Shown here: positions 1-9,212 of the stretch, piece after piece
Layout: each line of letters opens with the position of its first letter
Numbering within the stretch: the first letter of the stretch is position 1
Source: a virus
Taxonomy: Duplodnaviria; Caudoviricetes
DNA: 59,148 bases
IMG/VR virus record: IMGVR_UViG_3300005512_000034
Span: 1-59,148 of that record
Direction: 5' to 3' (one strand)
The notes under the pieces: generated by a model
The model's input: the letters and a program-made list of their open reading frames with translations, nothing else
The model's database searches: none
What the model was told of the DNA's origin: nothing
Made by a program: the position numbers and the translations under genes

Positions 1-111
1 GTCAGCATGCCGGCGCTACCTCCGGTCCCCTGTGGACGCCCGCCTCGACAGGAGCGAGGCAGGCGTCGGCCGCGAGGGGGCGCGACCGAGAGCACCCTAC
101 CCCGCGCGATC
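1..111 (+). repeat. Terminal direct repeat / circular assembly overlap, left copy
   Basis: 1-91 identical to 59038-59128; the following 20 nt match with 4 mismatches. Confidence 0.95.
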
Positions 112-165
112 GTCCCCTTGCATCTTCACGACCCGCCCGCTACTATGTCCGTGTAGCAACGGAGA
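108..165 (+). promoter_or_regulatory. Cassette promoter with GCTAC-N9-GTAGC operator
   Basis: GATC 108, TTGCAT 118, 17 nt, TACTAT 141; GCTAC 139 / GTAGC 153; GGAG then ATG 171. Confidence 0.85.
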
Positions 166-170
166 CCGAC

Positions 171-350
171 ATGACCGACGCCCGCCTCGACAGCATCCTC
201 AGCAAGTTCGACAACCTGACCACCAGCGACGACCTCTGCACGGTGCTCTCTGTCCTCGCCGCGAGCCGCCCCACCGATGCGCAGTGGAGCCGGATCCAGC
301 CGGCCGCCAAGGCGGCGCTCGACAGGATCAAGGCTGACCAGCCCGCGTGA
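171..350 (+). CDS. Small hypothetical protein (59 aa, MTDARLDSILSKFD...)
   Basis: Read by hand; motif promoter and RBS upstream; converges on the methyltransferase 3' end. Confidence 0.7.
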   Translation: MTDARLDSILSKFDNLTTSDDLCTVLSVLAASRPTDAQWSRIQPAAKAALDRIKADQPA

Positions 351-2166
351 ATCGGGCCCGGATGATGTCGCAGTAGGCGGGCTCCATCTCGGCGCAGATG
401 GAGGTCACGCCCTCGGCGTCCGCTGCGAGCAGGTCGGTGCCGGAGCCCCCGAACGGGTTGTAGACCGTGCCGCCCGGAGGGGTGACCAGGCGGGTGATCC
501 AGCGCATCAGGCGGATCGGCTTGACTGTGGGGTGCGTGTTGCCCTCGCGCTCCGCGCCCGCTGGCTTGGGGCAGGCGTAGACGTTGGCGGGGAAGCGGCC
601 GGCGGGGTGCCCCTCACTCACAGTACCGTCGCGCGCAGTCGCGCCCAGGAACTTGGCATTTTGAAACGAGGGGTTTGCCACCGGCTCAACCGCGCTACCT
701 GGCCACGCCGGATCCCCCGGCGCGATCCGACACCCGTCCACGTTGATCCCACCGGTGCCCCACTTCAGGACGTTGGCGGCGACGGTGTCCTCGCTCAGCG
801 GCTTGCGGCAGACGATGGCGGGCTCGATCGCGGGCTTGAGCGCGGTGCCCCAGCCGTCCCAGCGCTTGGCCTCGTCGGTGGCGGGCGCGGTAATTGCAAC
901 GTCACCCGTAGCGCTTCCGCCCACCCCTTGGGACATGAGCCCCCCTTTGGATGCTGAGAAGTCCTTCGTCCGCTTGGTGCCGATCACCTCACGCTCGGCC
1001 CCTGCCGCCTTGTCGATCGCCTTGCCGATGTCGAGGCTCTTGGGGAAGCCCTGGTAGTGGAGCCAGTTGAGGCTGTCGCGCACCTCGAAGCCGGCGTCCT
1101 CCAGGGCGCACACCATGCGGTGCTGGGTCCGCGTCCCGCAGAAGATGACCAGGTGACCGCCTGGCTTGAGCACGCGCAGCATGGCGTCGGCCCACTCTCG
1201 ACCGGGCACGCCCGCGTCCCATGCCTTGCCCATGAACCCGGTGCGGGTCGACTGCATCGCGGCCAACTCGTCCCAGGTCCGGGCCCGACCGTCGGGGCTC
1301 AGACCATAGGGGGCGTCGCCGACGATGGCGTCCACGCTGTTCTCGTCCATGGCATTGGCCACGTCGATGCAGGACGCGCAGTGCAGCGTGTGCCGCCCGA
1401 GCACCAGCGACTCGCCCGCCTGGGTGATGACGGGCACCTCGTCGGGGATGTCGTCGCCCGCGTCCGGCGTCTCGGTGGTCGGCGTTGTCGTGCCGCCAGC
1501 CTGCTCCTCCTCGGTCGTCTCGGGCTGCTCAGCGAACAGGTCGTCCAACTCCTCCGGCGTCCAGCCCATGTCGGCCGCGACCTCGTCGGGCACGTCCTCG
1601 ATCTGCGCCTCCAGGATCTCCCAGTCCCAGGTCGCGAGCTCCTGGAGCCGGTTGTCGCTCAGCGCCGCGGCGCGGAAGGCGGTCAGGTCGGCGAACTCGC
1701 GCCAGACGACCGGGACCAGTCCGGGGCGCGGGGCGCCGTCGATGACGTGCGGCCCGTCCTCCTCGGTCCGGGCGTGCCACCCGATGATCGCGCCGGCGTC
1801 GTCCAGGTCTGGGGCGTGCCGCTCCAGGAACAGCAGCGCCTTGCGCCGGAGGTGCCCCTTGGCGATCCAACTGTTCTCGGTCCACACGACGAGCGGCTGG
1901 TCGAAGCCGTTGCGCCAGATGACGCGCGCAGCTGCCTCGACGGCGTGGTCGTTGACGCGCGGGTTGTCGGGCCAGGGCACCAGCGACCCGAGCGGAGCCC
2001 AGACTGCGGAGGGCGTGAACATCGATTTGTCGACGTGCTTGCGCCAGTTCCGGACGGTCCCCTCGTTGAGGTCGATGCCGCGCCTCGCGAAGTGCAGGTG
2101 CGTCGCCTTGGCGCCCTCGCCGGTGCGCTGCATGTAGTCGATCGCCTGCTGCTTGTAGTCGCTCAC
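328..2166 (-). CDS. ParB-like N-terminal domain fused to N6/N4 DNA methyltransferase
   Basis: PWPDNPRVND...GHLRRKA...DNRL (ParB-like); DAPY catalytic motif, HPTVKP, NPFGGSGT SAM-binding motif. Confidence 0.88.
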   Translation of the reverse strand: MSDYKQQAIDYMQRTGEGAKATHLHFARRGIDLNEGTVRNWRKHVDKSMFTPSAVWAPLGSLVPWPDNPRVNDHAVEAAARVIWRNGFDQPLVVWTENSWIAKGHLRRKALLFLERHAPDLDDAGAIIGWHARTEEDGPHVIDGAPRPGLVPVVWREFADLTAFRAAALSDNRLQELATWDWEILEAQIEDVPDEVAADMGWTPEELDDLFAEQPETTEEEQAGGTTTPTTETPDAGDDIPDEVPVITQAGESLVLGRHTLHCASCIDVANAMDENSVDAIVGDAPYGLSPDGRARTWDELAAMQSTRTGFMGKAWDAGVPGREWADAMLRVLKPGGHLVIFCGTRTQHRMVCALEDAGFEVRDSLNWLHYQGFPKSLDIGKAIDKAAGAEREVIGTKRTKDFSASKGGLMSQGVGGSATGDVAITAPATDEAKRWDGWGTALKPAIEPAIVCRKPLSEDTVAANVLKWGTGGINVDGCRIAPGDPAWPGSAVEPVANPSFQNAKFLGATARDGTVSEGHPAGRFPANVYACPKPAGAEREGNTHPTVKPIRLMRWITRLVTPPGGTVYNPFGGSGTDLLAADAEGVTSICAEMEPAYCDIIRARFTRAGQP

Positions 2167-2431
2167 GTTTGGCCTCCGCTACGCGCGCAGCACTGGGGGC
2201 TGCGTTCCGGTTCTGATAGCACAACGCGCGTAGGATCGGCCGCCGTGGCGGGTTCGCACGTAGGTCGAACCCGATTACAAGACGCGCGAACGCCCCGAGG
2301 GTTGCCCGGGGCGCTGCCTTCCTGGTCTTCTCCTCGGGTCCTACGCCGCAGAGATCGCAGGGTGAAGGGGTGCCCGGACTGGGGTGCCGGGGCGAGCGCG
2401 GCAGGAGTCCGCTCTCCGACCGCGCGGAAAC

Positions 2432-2584
2432 TCAGGGCTCGGCGGGGTCCGCGGGGCCCATGCCGAGGGCGCGACCCATCAAGCGGCGCGCGTGCCCGTA
2501 GATCGGCGCCTCCTCGGGCGCGTCGCGTTCGATCGACACCGTGACCGCCTGCGGTCCATCGCCGACGGTGATCGTCGTCTTCAT
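2432..2584 (-). CDS. Small hypothetical protein (50 aa, MKTTITVGDG...)
   Basis: Read by hand; preceded by variant operator and AAGGAG. Confidence 0.6.
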   Translation of the reverse strand: MKTTITVGDGPQAVTVSIERDAPEEAPIYGHARRLMGRALGMGPADPAEP

Positions 2585-2590
2585 GCCCTC

Positions 2591-2614
2591 TCCTTGCTAC
2601 ATGAACTGTGTATC
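2591..2614 (-). promoter_or_regulatory. Variant operator GATAC-N9-GTAGC plus AAGGAG RBS
   Basis: One mismatch to the consensus palindrome. Confidence 0.55.
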
Positions 2615-3371
2615 ACGTCCGCGCGCCCCAGACCCGGGTGATCAGGTCGGCGCACTCGTGGATGTCGGCCCGGACGTGCTTCTCGATGTGGTCGAACCGG
2701 CCCTGGCAGGCCCAGCGATACACGTCGGCCCCGCTACCCTCGTCGGCGCGCTCGGGGATCCCCATGAAGTCGAGGATCTTGGGCAGACTGGTCCACCGGC
2801 GGCCCGTTCCAGCCCACGCGACCATCGTGTCCAGGATGCGATCCCCGACGATCCACGGCTTCTCGCCCGGGTCCGGCCAGGGCAGCCACGACCGGGCTCC
2901 GAGGTTGTACTTGATCGACCGCAAGGCCCAGACCGGCAAGTCGAACCCTGCGACGTTGTGCCCGGCGATCGTGAGGATGTTGGCGATCCGGCCCATGCCC
3001 TGGGCTTGCGCCTCGGCGGCGATCGCCTCCTGCAAGGCGACGAGCAAGTCGCGCTCAGTTGCATCCCACCCCGCACGGTCGGCCGGCAGCGCAGTCAGCA
3101 CGGAGGACCGGACCTCGCCGAAGTCCCCGCCGACGGGTCGACCGCTGCGGTCCTGGAGCGCCGGGCGCAGGGAGAATCCCCACGCGACAACGCGGCACCG
3201 GGTCGGATCGACGGCCGTCTTCTGCCACGCCTCCCAGTCGTCCGAGGGGGTGGACGCCGTCGAGGGCCCAGAATCGTCCCCAGGCCACTCAGGCTGGCCG
3301 AACCAGGGCGAGGCCGGGTCTGGGCACGTCTCGAAGTCCACGACCAACAGGGGGCGCTGTAGGGGCTTCAC
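2613..3371 (-). CDS. Predicted 3'-5' exonuclease (DEDD/PolB-like)
   Basis: VVDFET (ExoI), GHNVAGFDLP (ExoII), ILDTM, HVRADI (ExoIII); GTG start overlapping upstream stop. Confidence 0.8.
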   Translation of the reverse strand: MKPLQRPLLVVDFETCPDPASPWFGQPEWPGDDSGPSTASTPSDDWEAWQKTAVDPTRCRVVAWGFSLRPALQDRSGRPVGGDFGEVRSSVLTALPADRAGWDATERDLLVALQEAIAAEAQAQGMGRIANILTIAGHNVAGFDLPVWALRSIKYNLGARSWLPWPDPGEKPWIVGDRILDTMVAWAGTGRRWTSLPKILDFMGIPERADEGSGADVYRWACQGRFDHIEKHVRADIHECADLITRVWGART

Positions 3372-3622
3372 GGGACACGCTCGCCGTAGACCTTGTCCCA
3401 AGTGCTCGCCAGCACCGGGCCGGGCCGCATGAGCGCGTCCCAATCCGCGTCGGTCAGCGGTTGGCACGCGCCCCAGGGCGCCCCGCAGCGGCAGCGGTAG
3501 CGGTCCACGTTGCGGCGCACAGCCTCGATCCGCGGCGTGACTCGGGCGGCCCGGTCGGGCGTGTGGATCACGGTGCGCGATGCGTTCTCGCGCGCTCGGT
3601 CGTTCCAGGGTTGGCGCTTCAT
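3368..3622 (-). CDS. Hypothetical protein with CxC...C motif
   Basis: ATGA/GTGA coupling on both sides. Confidence 0.55.
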   Translation of the reverse strand: MKRQPWNDRARENASRTVIHTPDRAARVTPRIEAVRRNVDRYRCRCGAPWGACQPLTDADWDALMRPGPVLASTWDKVYGERVP

Positions 3623-3825
3623 GGGCAGTCCCTCGCGTAGTTGCGTTTGACGGCGATCCCGCCGTTCTCGGTCTCGAACACCTCGACGGAGCACGCCTTG
3701 TCGGCGCAGCGCCAGGCCCCGGGGAGGGGCTTCGCGCGCTCCAGCATGACCCCGAGGCCAGCGCCACCAGTAAGACCCAGGACCCAGCAGCACGCCATCA
3801 CCACGAGCAGTCGGCCGCGGGTCAC
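3619..3825 (-). CDS. Small membrane/secreted hypothetical protein
   Basis: N-terminal hydrophobic helix; translational coupling. Confidence 0.55.
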   Translation of the reverse strand: MTRGRLLVVMACCWVLGLTGGAGLGVMLERAKPLPGAWRCADKACSVEVFETENGGIAVKRNYARDCP

Positions 3826-4454
3826 GACCGCTCCCGCTGGATCGGCTCGCCGCGCTTGAGCGCCCGGACGGCCCGCGCACCCTTGGGGGTCAGGCCCCAG
3901 ACTCCGGCGCGCGGGGGCAGGTCTGCGACCCGGTCGGCACGCTTGCCCGAAAGCGACACGCGCGGGATCCGCTCCAGGTAGCCCTCGCCGGTCGCGACCC
4001 GAAGGCGGACCGCAGCGGCGCCGGGGGTGACATCGTCGGCCTGGAGCCAGGTCACCGCGATCAGGCCCTCGTTCTCCGATGCGAGCATCAGCGTCGACTC
4101 CAGCGCGGGGCTCGGCGGGATCGCCCGCTTGCCGGCCTCGACGAACACGGAGATCAGCGCGTCTCGGTCGTCGGGCTCCAGGGCGAGCAGCGTCGCCAGG
4201 GCGGCCTCGACCTCGGGGGAGGCTTCGCGGCCGGTCAGGATCCAGTGCGGCGAGCAGTCGAGGATCTCGCTGATCTCGGCGACCCGGTCGCGGGGCAGTG
4301 GGCGCCGGCCCAACTCGACCCGGCAGAGGTGCGAGGCGTTGAAGCCGAGGTCTCGGCCCATCTGCGCCTGCGAGATCCCGAGTAGTTCACGCTTCCAGCG
4401 GATCCTGGACCCGGGCGTCAGCGCCTCCTCCAGCGTGATGATCGGCGCGTTCAT
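3822..4454 (-). CDS. XRE-family helix-turn-helix transcriptional regulator
   Basis: RIRWKRELLGISQAQMGRDLGFNASHLCRVELGRR...ILDCSPHWILTG. Confidence 0.85.
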   Translation of the reverse strand: MNAPIITLEEALTPGSRIRWKRELLGISQAQMGRDLGFNASHLCRVELGRRPLPRDRVAEISEILDCSPHWILTGREASPEVEAALATLLALEPDDRDALISVFVEAGKRAIPPSPALESTLMLASENEGLIAVTWLQADDVTPGAAAVRLRVATGEGYLERIPRVSLSGKRADRVADLPPRAGVWGLTPKGARAVRALKRGEPIQRERS

Positions 4455-4843
4455 TTCGCCTCCAGGGCGGCGCCGATGGACGGCGTCAGTTCAGGCCAGC
4501 GGGCGTCGAGCGCCATCGCGACGCCGACGATCAGGGCGACGCCGGCCAGGAGCGCCAGCAGCCAGGCCGGGCCCATAGGGCGCGCGATCGTCGTGTTCGG
4601 CTCGGCGCTCGTGCGGGCGTTCCGCAGGAAGCGGATCCGCTGGTGCATCGCGGCCTCGGCGTCGATCGACGCGGCCTCGGGCGTGGGGCACCCGGTGATC
4701 GAGGAGTGCCGGAACTCGCCCCCGTGCGCGTCCTCGACGGTCCAGCGCCATCGGCCGCCTACGTCCTTCCAGACCTCGCCGACCACGCCGCCATCGGTCC
4801 GCCTGTAGGCGCGCAGCAGCGGCGCCCATCTCCATCCGATCAT
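4451..4843 (-). CDS. Hypothetical protein with C-terminal TM helix
   Basis: MIGWRWAPLL...; coupled start and stop. Confidence 0.55.
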   Translation of the reverse strand: MIGWRWAPLLRAYRRTDGGVVGEVWKDVGGRWRWTVEDAHGGEFRHSSITGCPTPEAASIDAEAAMHQRIRFLRNARTSAEPNTTIARPMGPAWLLALLAGVALIVGVAMALDARWPELTPSIGAALEAK

Positions 4844-5187
4844 GATTTCCCCCTGGGCGTCACGGTGCGGACGGGGATCCCCGCGTCGCACGCCGCGCGC
4901 AGCACGTCCCAGCCGTCGTCGCGGCCGGGCTCCATGAATCCGAGGCACAGGTGCGCCCCGTCGTTGATCAACTTCGCGACCGCAAAGGCCCCGGAACCCG
5001 GGTGCTCCTCGATGTCGTCTCCAACCGCGCGCGCGGTCTCGGCCGCCATCTCCGCGGCCCCGGGCCAGCCGTTGTGGACCACGACCACGTCGGCGCGCCG
5101 GCCGATGTAATGCCGCATCGCGGAGACCACGGTCTCTCGCTCCGACCAGGTCCTCGACCCGGTCACGATGACGCGGAAGTCGCTCAC
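4840..5187 (-). CDS. YspA/DUF2493 SLOG-like protein
   Basis: RVIVTGSRTW...VVVHNG..GAAEMA pattern. Confidence 0.7.
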   Translation of the reverse strand: MSDFRVIVTGSRTWSERETVVSAMRHYIGRRADVVVVHNGWPGAAEMAAETARAVGDDIEEHPGSGAFAVAKLINDGAHLCLGFMEPGRDDGWDVLRAACDAGIPVRTVTPRGKS

Positions 5188-5384
5188 GACTTGAACTCAG
5201 CGACTGCGCGGTTGTGCGCCTCCTGCCACGTCTCCTCGTCGTAGAACAGCACTTGGAGAGCGGCGTACTGCGCGCTCGGCCCGAACTGCTGACAGCGGCG
5301 CTTGTGGGCGATCTCGTGCGCAATGCGGATCGCGCGGCCTTGGATTCCGTCGGGCAGCGCCCGGACCTTCTCGACCCAGGTCAT
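5184..5384 (-). CDS. Hypothetical protein (MTWVEKVRALPD...)
   Basis: GGAGG RBS, ATGA coupling. Confidence 0.6.
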   Translation of the reverse strand: MTWVEKVRALPDGIQGRAIRIAHEIAHKRRCQQFGPSAQYAALQVLFYDEETWQEAHNRAVAEFKS

Positions 5385-6469
5385 GGGGCCTCCTGTGATT
5401 GCTCGATCTGCATCAGGACACGGCCAGCGACGAACCCACACAGGGGCACCACGGCATTGCCCAGCGCCTTGCCGCGGGACTTCCAATCCTGCCCCTTGGG
5501 GGCTACGCGGGGGGTGTCTCCCTCCCAGGGCTGCCAGGGGCGCTCTCCGGGTCGGCCTGCGTGAGACTGATCGTTTCCCCGGACAACAGCAAGTAGGTCC
5601 CCTCGGCCGCCTTTGTCGGTGTCGCTGGCCTTGGGGGTAGGGAAGTCCACCCGGGCGGGAAGCCCATCAGCAACTCCACCCAATCCGGGTTGAGCCTGCC
5701 GCGCTGCCCCGGCTCCGTCTGGCTGGACAGTTGGCCCCGCCGCTGCTCTGGGGTGTTGCTGCCCTTGTGGTCCGTGCTGCTGGGGGTGGCCCACGTAGCG
5801 CCAGGGGGCGGCGTAGCGCGCGGCGCGGATGGCGCTGCTCCAGTCGCACCCGGAAGGGTCGGATAGATCCGACCCTTCGACCGCTGGTAGCCGCAGCCGG
5901 TGTTGATCTCGGCCACCGTTGGCGTAGGCCACGATGAAGACGCGGTCCCGCCTGTGAGGGGCGCCGACGGCTGACGCGAGCACACAGTCCCAGACTGCAT
6001 CGAACCCGAGCGCGGCCAGCGTCCACAGAACGGCGCCGAACGCCCCGTGAAGAGGCCGAGTTGGTCTGTCACCCAGCCAGCCGAGGTCAGGCGGCACAAC
6101 GGGGGACTGGTCGCTGAGGAGTCCTGGGACATTCTCGATCACCACGTAGAGGGGTTGGGTTGCATGGATGAGTCGCGCGTAGTGCCACCACAAGCCGGAC
6201 CGCTCACCGTCCAGCCCTGCTCGGTTGCCGGCGTGGCTGAGGTCCTGGCATGGGAAGCCGCCGCACAGCACGTCAATGGGCGGCAGGTCGGCAGGGTCAA
6301 CGGTGGTCACGTCTTCGAAGCGCGGCACGTCGGGCCAGTGCTTCGCCAGCACGTCGCGGCAGAAGGGCTCTTTCTCGACCTGGAAGACGGTCTGACCAAC
6401 GCCAGCCATTTCCAAGCCGAGTTCAAGCCCACCGATACCGCTGAACAGGGAGCCGATTCGGAGGTTCAC
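5381..6469 (-). CDS. C5 cytosine DNA methyltransferase, large (alpha) polypeptide
   Basis: SLFSGIGG (I), GGFPCQD (IV), IENVPG (VI), HRRDRVF (VIII), LGNAVVP (X); motif IX absent in this frame. Confidence 0.92.
   Translation of the reverse strand: MNLRIGSLFSGIGGLELGLEMAGVGQTVFQVEKEPFCRDVLAKHWPDVPRFEDVTTVDPADLPPIDVLCGGFPCQDLSHAGNRAGLDGERSGLWWHYARLIHATQPLYVVIENVPGLLSDQSPVVPPDLGWLGDRPTRPLHGAFGAVLWTLAALGFDAVWDCVLASAVGAPHRRDRVFIVAYANGGRDQHRLRLPAVEGSDLSDPSGCDWSSAIRAARYAAPWRYVGHPQQHGPQGQQHPRAAAGPTVQPDGAGAARQAQPGLGGVADGLPARVDFPTPKASDTDKGGRGDLLAVVRGNDQSHAGRPGERPWQPWEGDTPRVAPKGQDWKSRGKALGNAVVPLCGFVAGRVLMQIEQSQEAP
5503..6132 (-). CDS. Overlapping alternative-frame polypeptide of the C5 methyltransferase (beta subunit carrying motif IX)
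   Basis: Nested ORF with WPRSG, WPTP/WATP repeats and RLNPDWVELLMGFPPGWT. Confidence 0.65.
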   Translation of the reverse strand: MSQDSSATSPPLCRLTSAGWVTDQLGLFTGRSAPFCGRWPRSGSMQSGTVCSRQPSAPLTGGTASSSWPTPTVAEINTGCGYQRSKGRIYPTLPGATGAAPSAPRATPPPGATWATPSSTDHKGSNTPEQRRGQLSSQTEPGQRGRLNPDWVELLMGFPPGWTSLPPRPATPTKAAEGTYLLLSGETISLTQADPESAPGSPGRETPPA

Positions 6470-6648
6470 CGGTCCCACTGCGGGTACACGCCCGGCTGAT
6501 CGAGGTACTCGGTGGAGCCGCACACCAGCACGCCGTCGGAGGCGACCACGCAGCGGCGACCGTCTTCGAGTTCGAGCCACGGGGTGGGCTCGGGCGCAGG
6601 CTCGGGGGCGCAGGCCAGGGCCAACAGAACGGCGAACACCAGCCTCAC
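6466..6648 (-). CDS. Small putative lipoprotein
   Basis: Signal peptide with LALAC lipobox-like end. Confidence 0.5.
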   Translation of the reverse strand: MRLVFAVLLALACAPEPAPEPTPWLELEDGRRCVVASDGVLVCGSTEYLDQPGVYPQWDR

Positions 6649-6848
6649 GACTGGAGCCGGGCGTACACGTCGTCCAGGATGGCGGTGCGGTTCGCTCGCA
6701 TCTTCGCGAGCACCCGGTCCGGCGCTGCGGCGAAGGCGACCTCGAAGGTCTCGCCCGCCTCGATGCCGGCCACGGTGGCCGCGAGGAGCGCATCCGCGCT
6801 CGCCTTGTCTGCGCCCATGCTGATCAGGATGTTGGCTGCTTCGCTCAT
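6645..6848 (-). CDS. Small hypothetical protein
   Basis: First gene after motif promoter, AAGGAG RBS. Confidence 0.7.
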   Translation of the reverse strand: MSEAANILISMGADKASADALLAATVAGIEAGETFEVAFAAAPDRVLAKMRANRTAILDDVYARLQS

Positions 6849-6855
6849 GTCGTTC

Positions 6856-6910
6856 TCCTTGCTACACGGACACTGTAGCTACTGCGGACGAGTAGCGCAA
6901 GCGGGTGATC
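6856..6910 (-). promoter_or_regulatory. Cassette promoter with two overlapping operators
   Basis: GATC-N6-TTGCGC-17-TACAGT; GCTAC-N9-GTAGCTAC-N9-GTAGC (6861-6896). Confidence 0.85.
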
Positions 6911-7196
6911 ACCCTCGGTCCTTTGGGTCGCACCCGGACGCAACGGCCCACGCGTGCGTGTAGCGGCACTGCCCGCACGTCACGGCATCCGGGTCCGTCA
7001 CCGTCCTGACGGTGCGGGTGTTGTTTTTCCCGCACGCTGTGTGCCCGCTCATGCGGATCCAGTGGGTCTCCTTGCTCGGTCGGCCACCGCCCAACCGGCC
7101 GAACCCATGGCGGGCCCGCCAGCACGGGTCACCCTTGCCATTTTTGAGCCCGCATCCGTGGGAGCAGGTGCCCCCGTCGGCGCACGCGCCCCTCAC
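6909..7196 (-). CDS. Cys-rich putative zinc-binding protein
   Basis: Multiple CxxC/HTACG motifs; GTGA coupling. Confidence 0.55.
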   Translation of the reverse strand: MRGACADGGTCSHGCGLKNGKGDPCWRARHGFGRLGGGRPSKETHWIRMSGHTACGKNNTRTVRTVTDPDAVTCGQCRYTHAWAVASGCDPKDRG

Positions 7197-7612
7197 TCCG
7201 CGAGGTTTCTGGCCAGCCATGGGCGCTCCTGGATGTACATGGGATCCGCGTCCCACTTGGTGAGGATCCCGACCACCTCGAACTGAACGGCGGGGTGCTT
7301 GTCGAACCGCTCCCGGGTGGCCGGGCCGACGCGATCGTCGTTCCGGTACTGCTCGACCAGCGCGTCGTGTGCCGCTTGACACGCTGCCTCGTGGGCGCGC
7401 TGTGCTGCGCGCTTGGCCTCACGCTTCGCCGCTGTGCGGGCGCGTGCCTTGACTGCGGCGGGCGCGTTGCTGATCTCAAAGTAGCCGACCCCGTGACACG
7501 AGAAGCACCGGCCGGCGCTCACGTGGCGGAAGGCGCTGATAAAGCCCGTCCCGTTGCACTTGCCGCAGGGCTTGCGGGTGGTCGGGGCGGCGGTCTTGGT
7601 TGCGGTCGTCAT
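7193..7612 (-). CDS. Protein with DnaJ-type CxxCxGxG zinc finger
   Basis: CGKCNGTG...CFSCHGVG. Confidence 0.75.
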   Translation of the reverse strand: MTTATKTAAPTTRKPCGKCNGTGFISAFRHVSAGRCFSCHGVGYFEISNAPAAVKARARTAAKREAKRAAQRAHEAACQAAHDALVEQYRNDDRVGPATRERFDKHPAVQFEVVGILTKWDADPMYIQERPWLARNLAE

Positions 7613-7621
7613 GGTGTCGGT

Positions 7622-7676
7622 CCCTTGCTACACGGACACTGTAGCTACTGCGGACGAGTAGCGCAAGAGGGCGATC
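7622..7676 (-). promoter_or_regulatory. Cassette promoter with two overlapping operators
   Basis: About 45 bp identical to the 6856-6910 promoter. Confidence 0.85.
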
Positions 7677-7881
7677 GTTTGAGCCACGCGGTGTACTGGT
7701 CCTGGCCGCCAGACTGCGCCAACAGCCGGTAGAACTGGCGCTCGCTCAGCCCGTACTCAGCGCAGTAGGCGCGGCGCTGCTTGGACATCCACGCGATGTA
7801 GTCGACCACCTTGGCGCCCTCGACCGCAGCGCCCGTCGCGTCGAGGAATGCCCGAAAGCGCGGCTGGTAGCGGGTGCTCAC
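7645..7881 (-). CDS. Hypothetical protein (VSTRYQPRFRAF...)
   Basis: GTGA coupling to the DnaB stop. Confidence 0.55.
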   Translation of the reverse strand: MSTRYQPRFRAFLDATGAAVEGAKVVDYIAWMSKQRRAYCAEYGLSERQFYRLLAQSGGQDQYTAWLKRSPSCATRPQ

Positions 7882-9212
7882 GACGATCCGCGTGCAAGGA
7901 ACCGGGTCCGGTCCCCGTCCCAGCGCAGCGCGGGCTTCTGCCCGGTCCCGCCGTCCCGGCCCTTCCCGATGACCGCATACGCCTCGTCGGCGGCCCGTTC
8001 GGGCGAGTACACGTGAGGCCGGAACGGGAAGATGATCGTGTGCGCCTCCTGCTCCAGGGTGCCGCTGTCGCGCAGGTCGGAGGGCATCGGCGTCTTGTCC
8101 GATCGCTGCTCGACGGCGCGGTTCAACTGCGCCAGCACGATCACGCACACGTCGAGTTCCTTGCCCATCGCGGTCAGGCCGGAGATGGACGCGGCGACCT
8201 CCTGCTCCCGCGATCGGTGTCCAGGCTCGGAGCCCATGATCTGCACGTAGTCCAGCGCGATCACCCGCAGCGACGGGTCGCGCCGCTTGAGGGACCGGGC
8301 GCGGGCCCGGATCTGCGACACGGGCAACTGCGGCGTGTCGTCGATGTAGATGGGCAGGCCGTGGAGCGAGTTGTGCCCGTCGTCGAGTTTCTCCCAGTCC
8401 AGGTTCGTCAGGCCCTTCCCGGTCCGGATCTTGGTCCCGAAGACGCCCGTGGCGCCCACCCACAGCCGCTCCGCGAGCCGCAGGTCGCGCATCTCCAGGG
8501 AGAAGATCCCGGCCGTGTTGCCGGCGCGCGCCATGTGTTCGACCAGGTTGGCCATGAGCGCGGTCTTGCCCATCCCGGGGCGCGCAGCGATCACGATCGG
8601 CCCGTCCCCGACGGCGAAGCCGCCGCCCAGCGCCGTGTCGAGCGCGGGGTAGCCAGTGCTGATCACCGGGGCCTTCGTCGTTCCGTCGGCGATCTGTTGC
8701 GTGCGCTCTACAAGCCGCATCATCACGTCGTTAAGGTGCTTCCAGCCCGACGAGGTGCGGCTCTCGGCGTCGTACAGCGAGTCCAACTCGCCCGCGGCAT
8801 AGGCGAGCAGGTCAAGCCCCGGCTCGTTGGTCATGGCGCGCTGTCGCAGTTCGGCGCCCAGCACCATCAGCGACCTGGACAGGGCGGCGCCCCGGATCAG
8901 GCGGGCGTAGTTCACCAGGTTCTCGGTGCTCGGGCAGTGCTCGGGAAGCCCCGTCGCATACGAGATCCCGCCGAACTCCTCAACCATGCCGGACCGCAGG
9001 ATGTGCCCCGACAGCGAGATCACGTCCACGGACTCGCCGCCCCGGCTCAGGATCCAGGTGTAGATCCGACGGTGCGCGCCGCCGAAGAACGCCTCCGGGC
9101 GCGGGAGGATCTGGCGGATGGGGTCGATCTGAGTGTCGTCCAGGAGCAGCCCGCCGAGCAGCGCGCGCTCCGCGTCGAGGGCTGCCGGCGACGCGGCCAG
9201 GGCCGCGCTCAC
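7878..9212 (-). CDS. dnaB: Replicative DNA helicase DnaB
   Basis: AERALLGGLL N-terminus, AARPGMGKT Walker A, FSLEM, DYVQIM, LAQLNR, SDLRDSGTLEQEA. Confidence 0.95.
   Translation of the reverse strand: MSAALAASPAALDAERALLGGLLLDDTQIDPIRQILPRPEAFFGGAHRRIYTWILSRGGESVDVISLSGHILRSGMVEEFGGISYATGLPEHCPSTENLVNYARLIRGAALSRSLMVLGAELRQRAMTNEPGLDLLAYAAGELDSLYDAESRTSSGWKHLNDVMMRLVERTQQIADGTTKAPVISTGYPALDTALGGGFAVGDGPIVIAARPGMGKTALMANLVEHMARAGNTAGIFSLEMRDLRLAERLWVGATGVFGTKIRTGKGLTNLDWEKLDDGHNSLHGLPIYIDDTPQLPVSQIRARARSLKRRDPSLRVIALDYVQIMGSEPGHRSREQEVAASISGLTAMGKELDVCVIVLAQLNRAVEQRSDKTPMPSDLRDSGTLEQEAHTIIFPFRPHVYSPERAADEAYAVIGKGRDGGTGQKPALRWDGDRTRFLARGSS

Noticed and set aside
328-2166. ParB domain as evidence of plasmid-prophage partitioning
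   Set aside because: It is the common ParB-methylase fusion; no ParA or parS seen
2240-2320. Intergenic hairpins as a tRNA or known ncRNA
   Set aside because: No cloverleaf or T-loop context; probably terminator or leader stems
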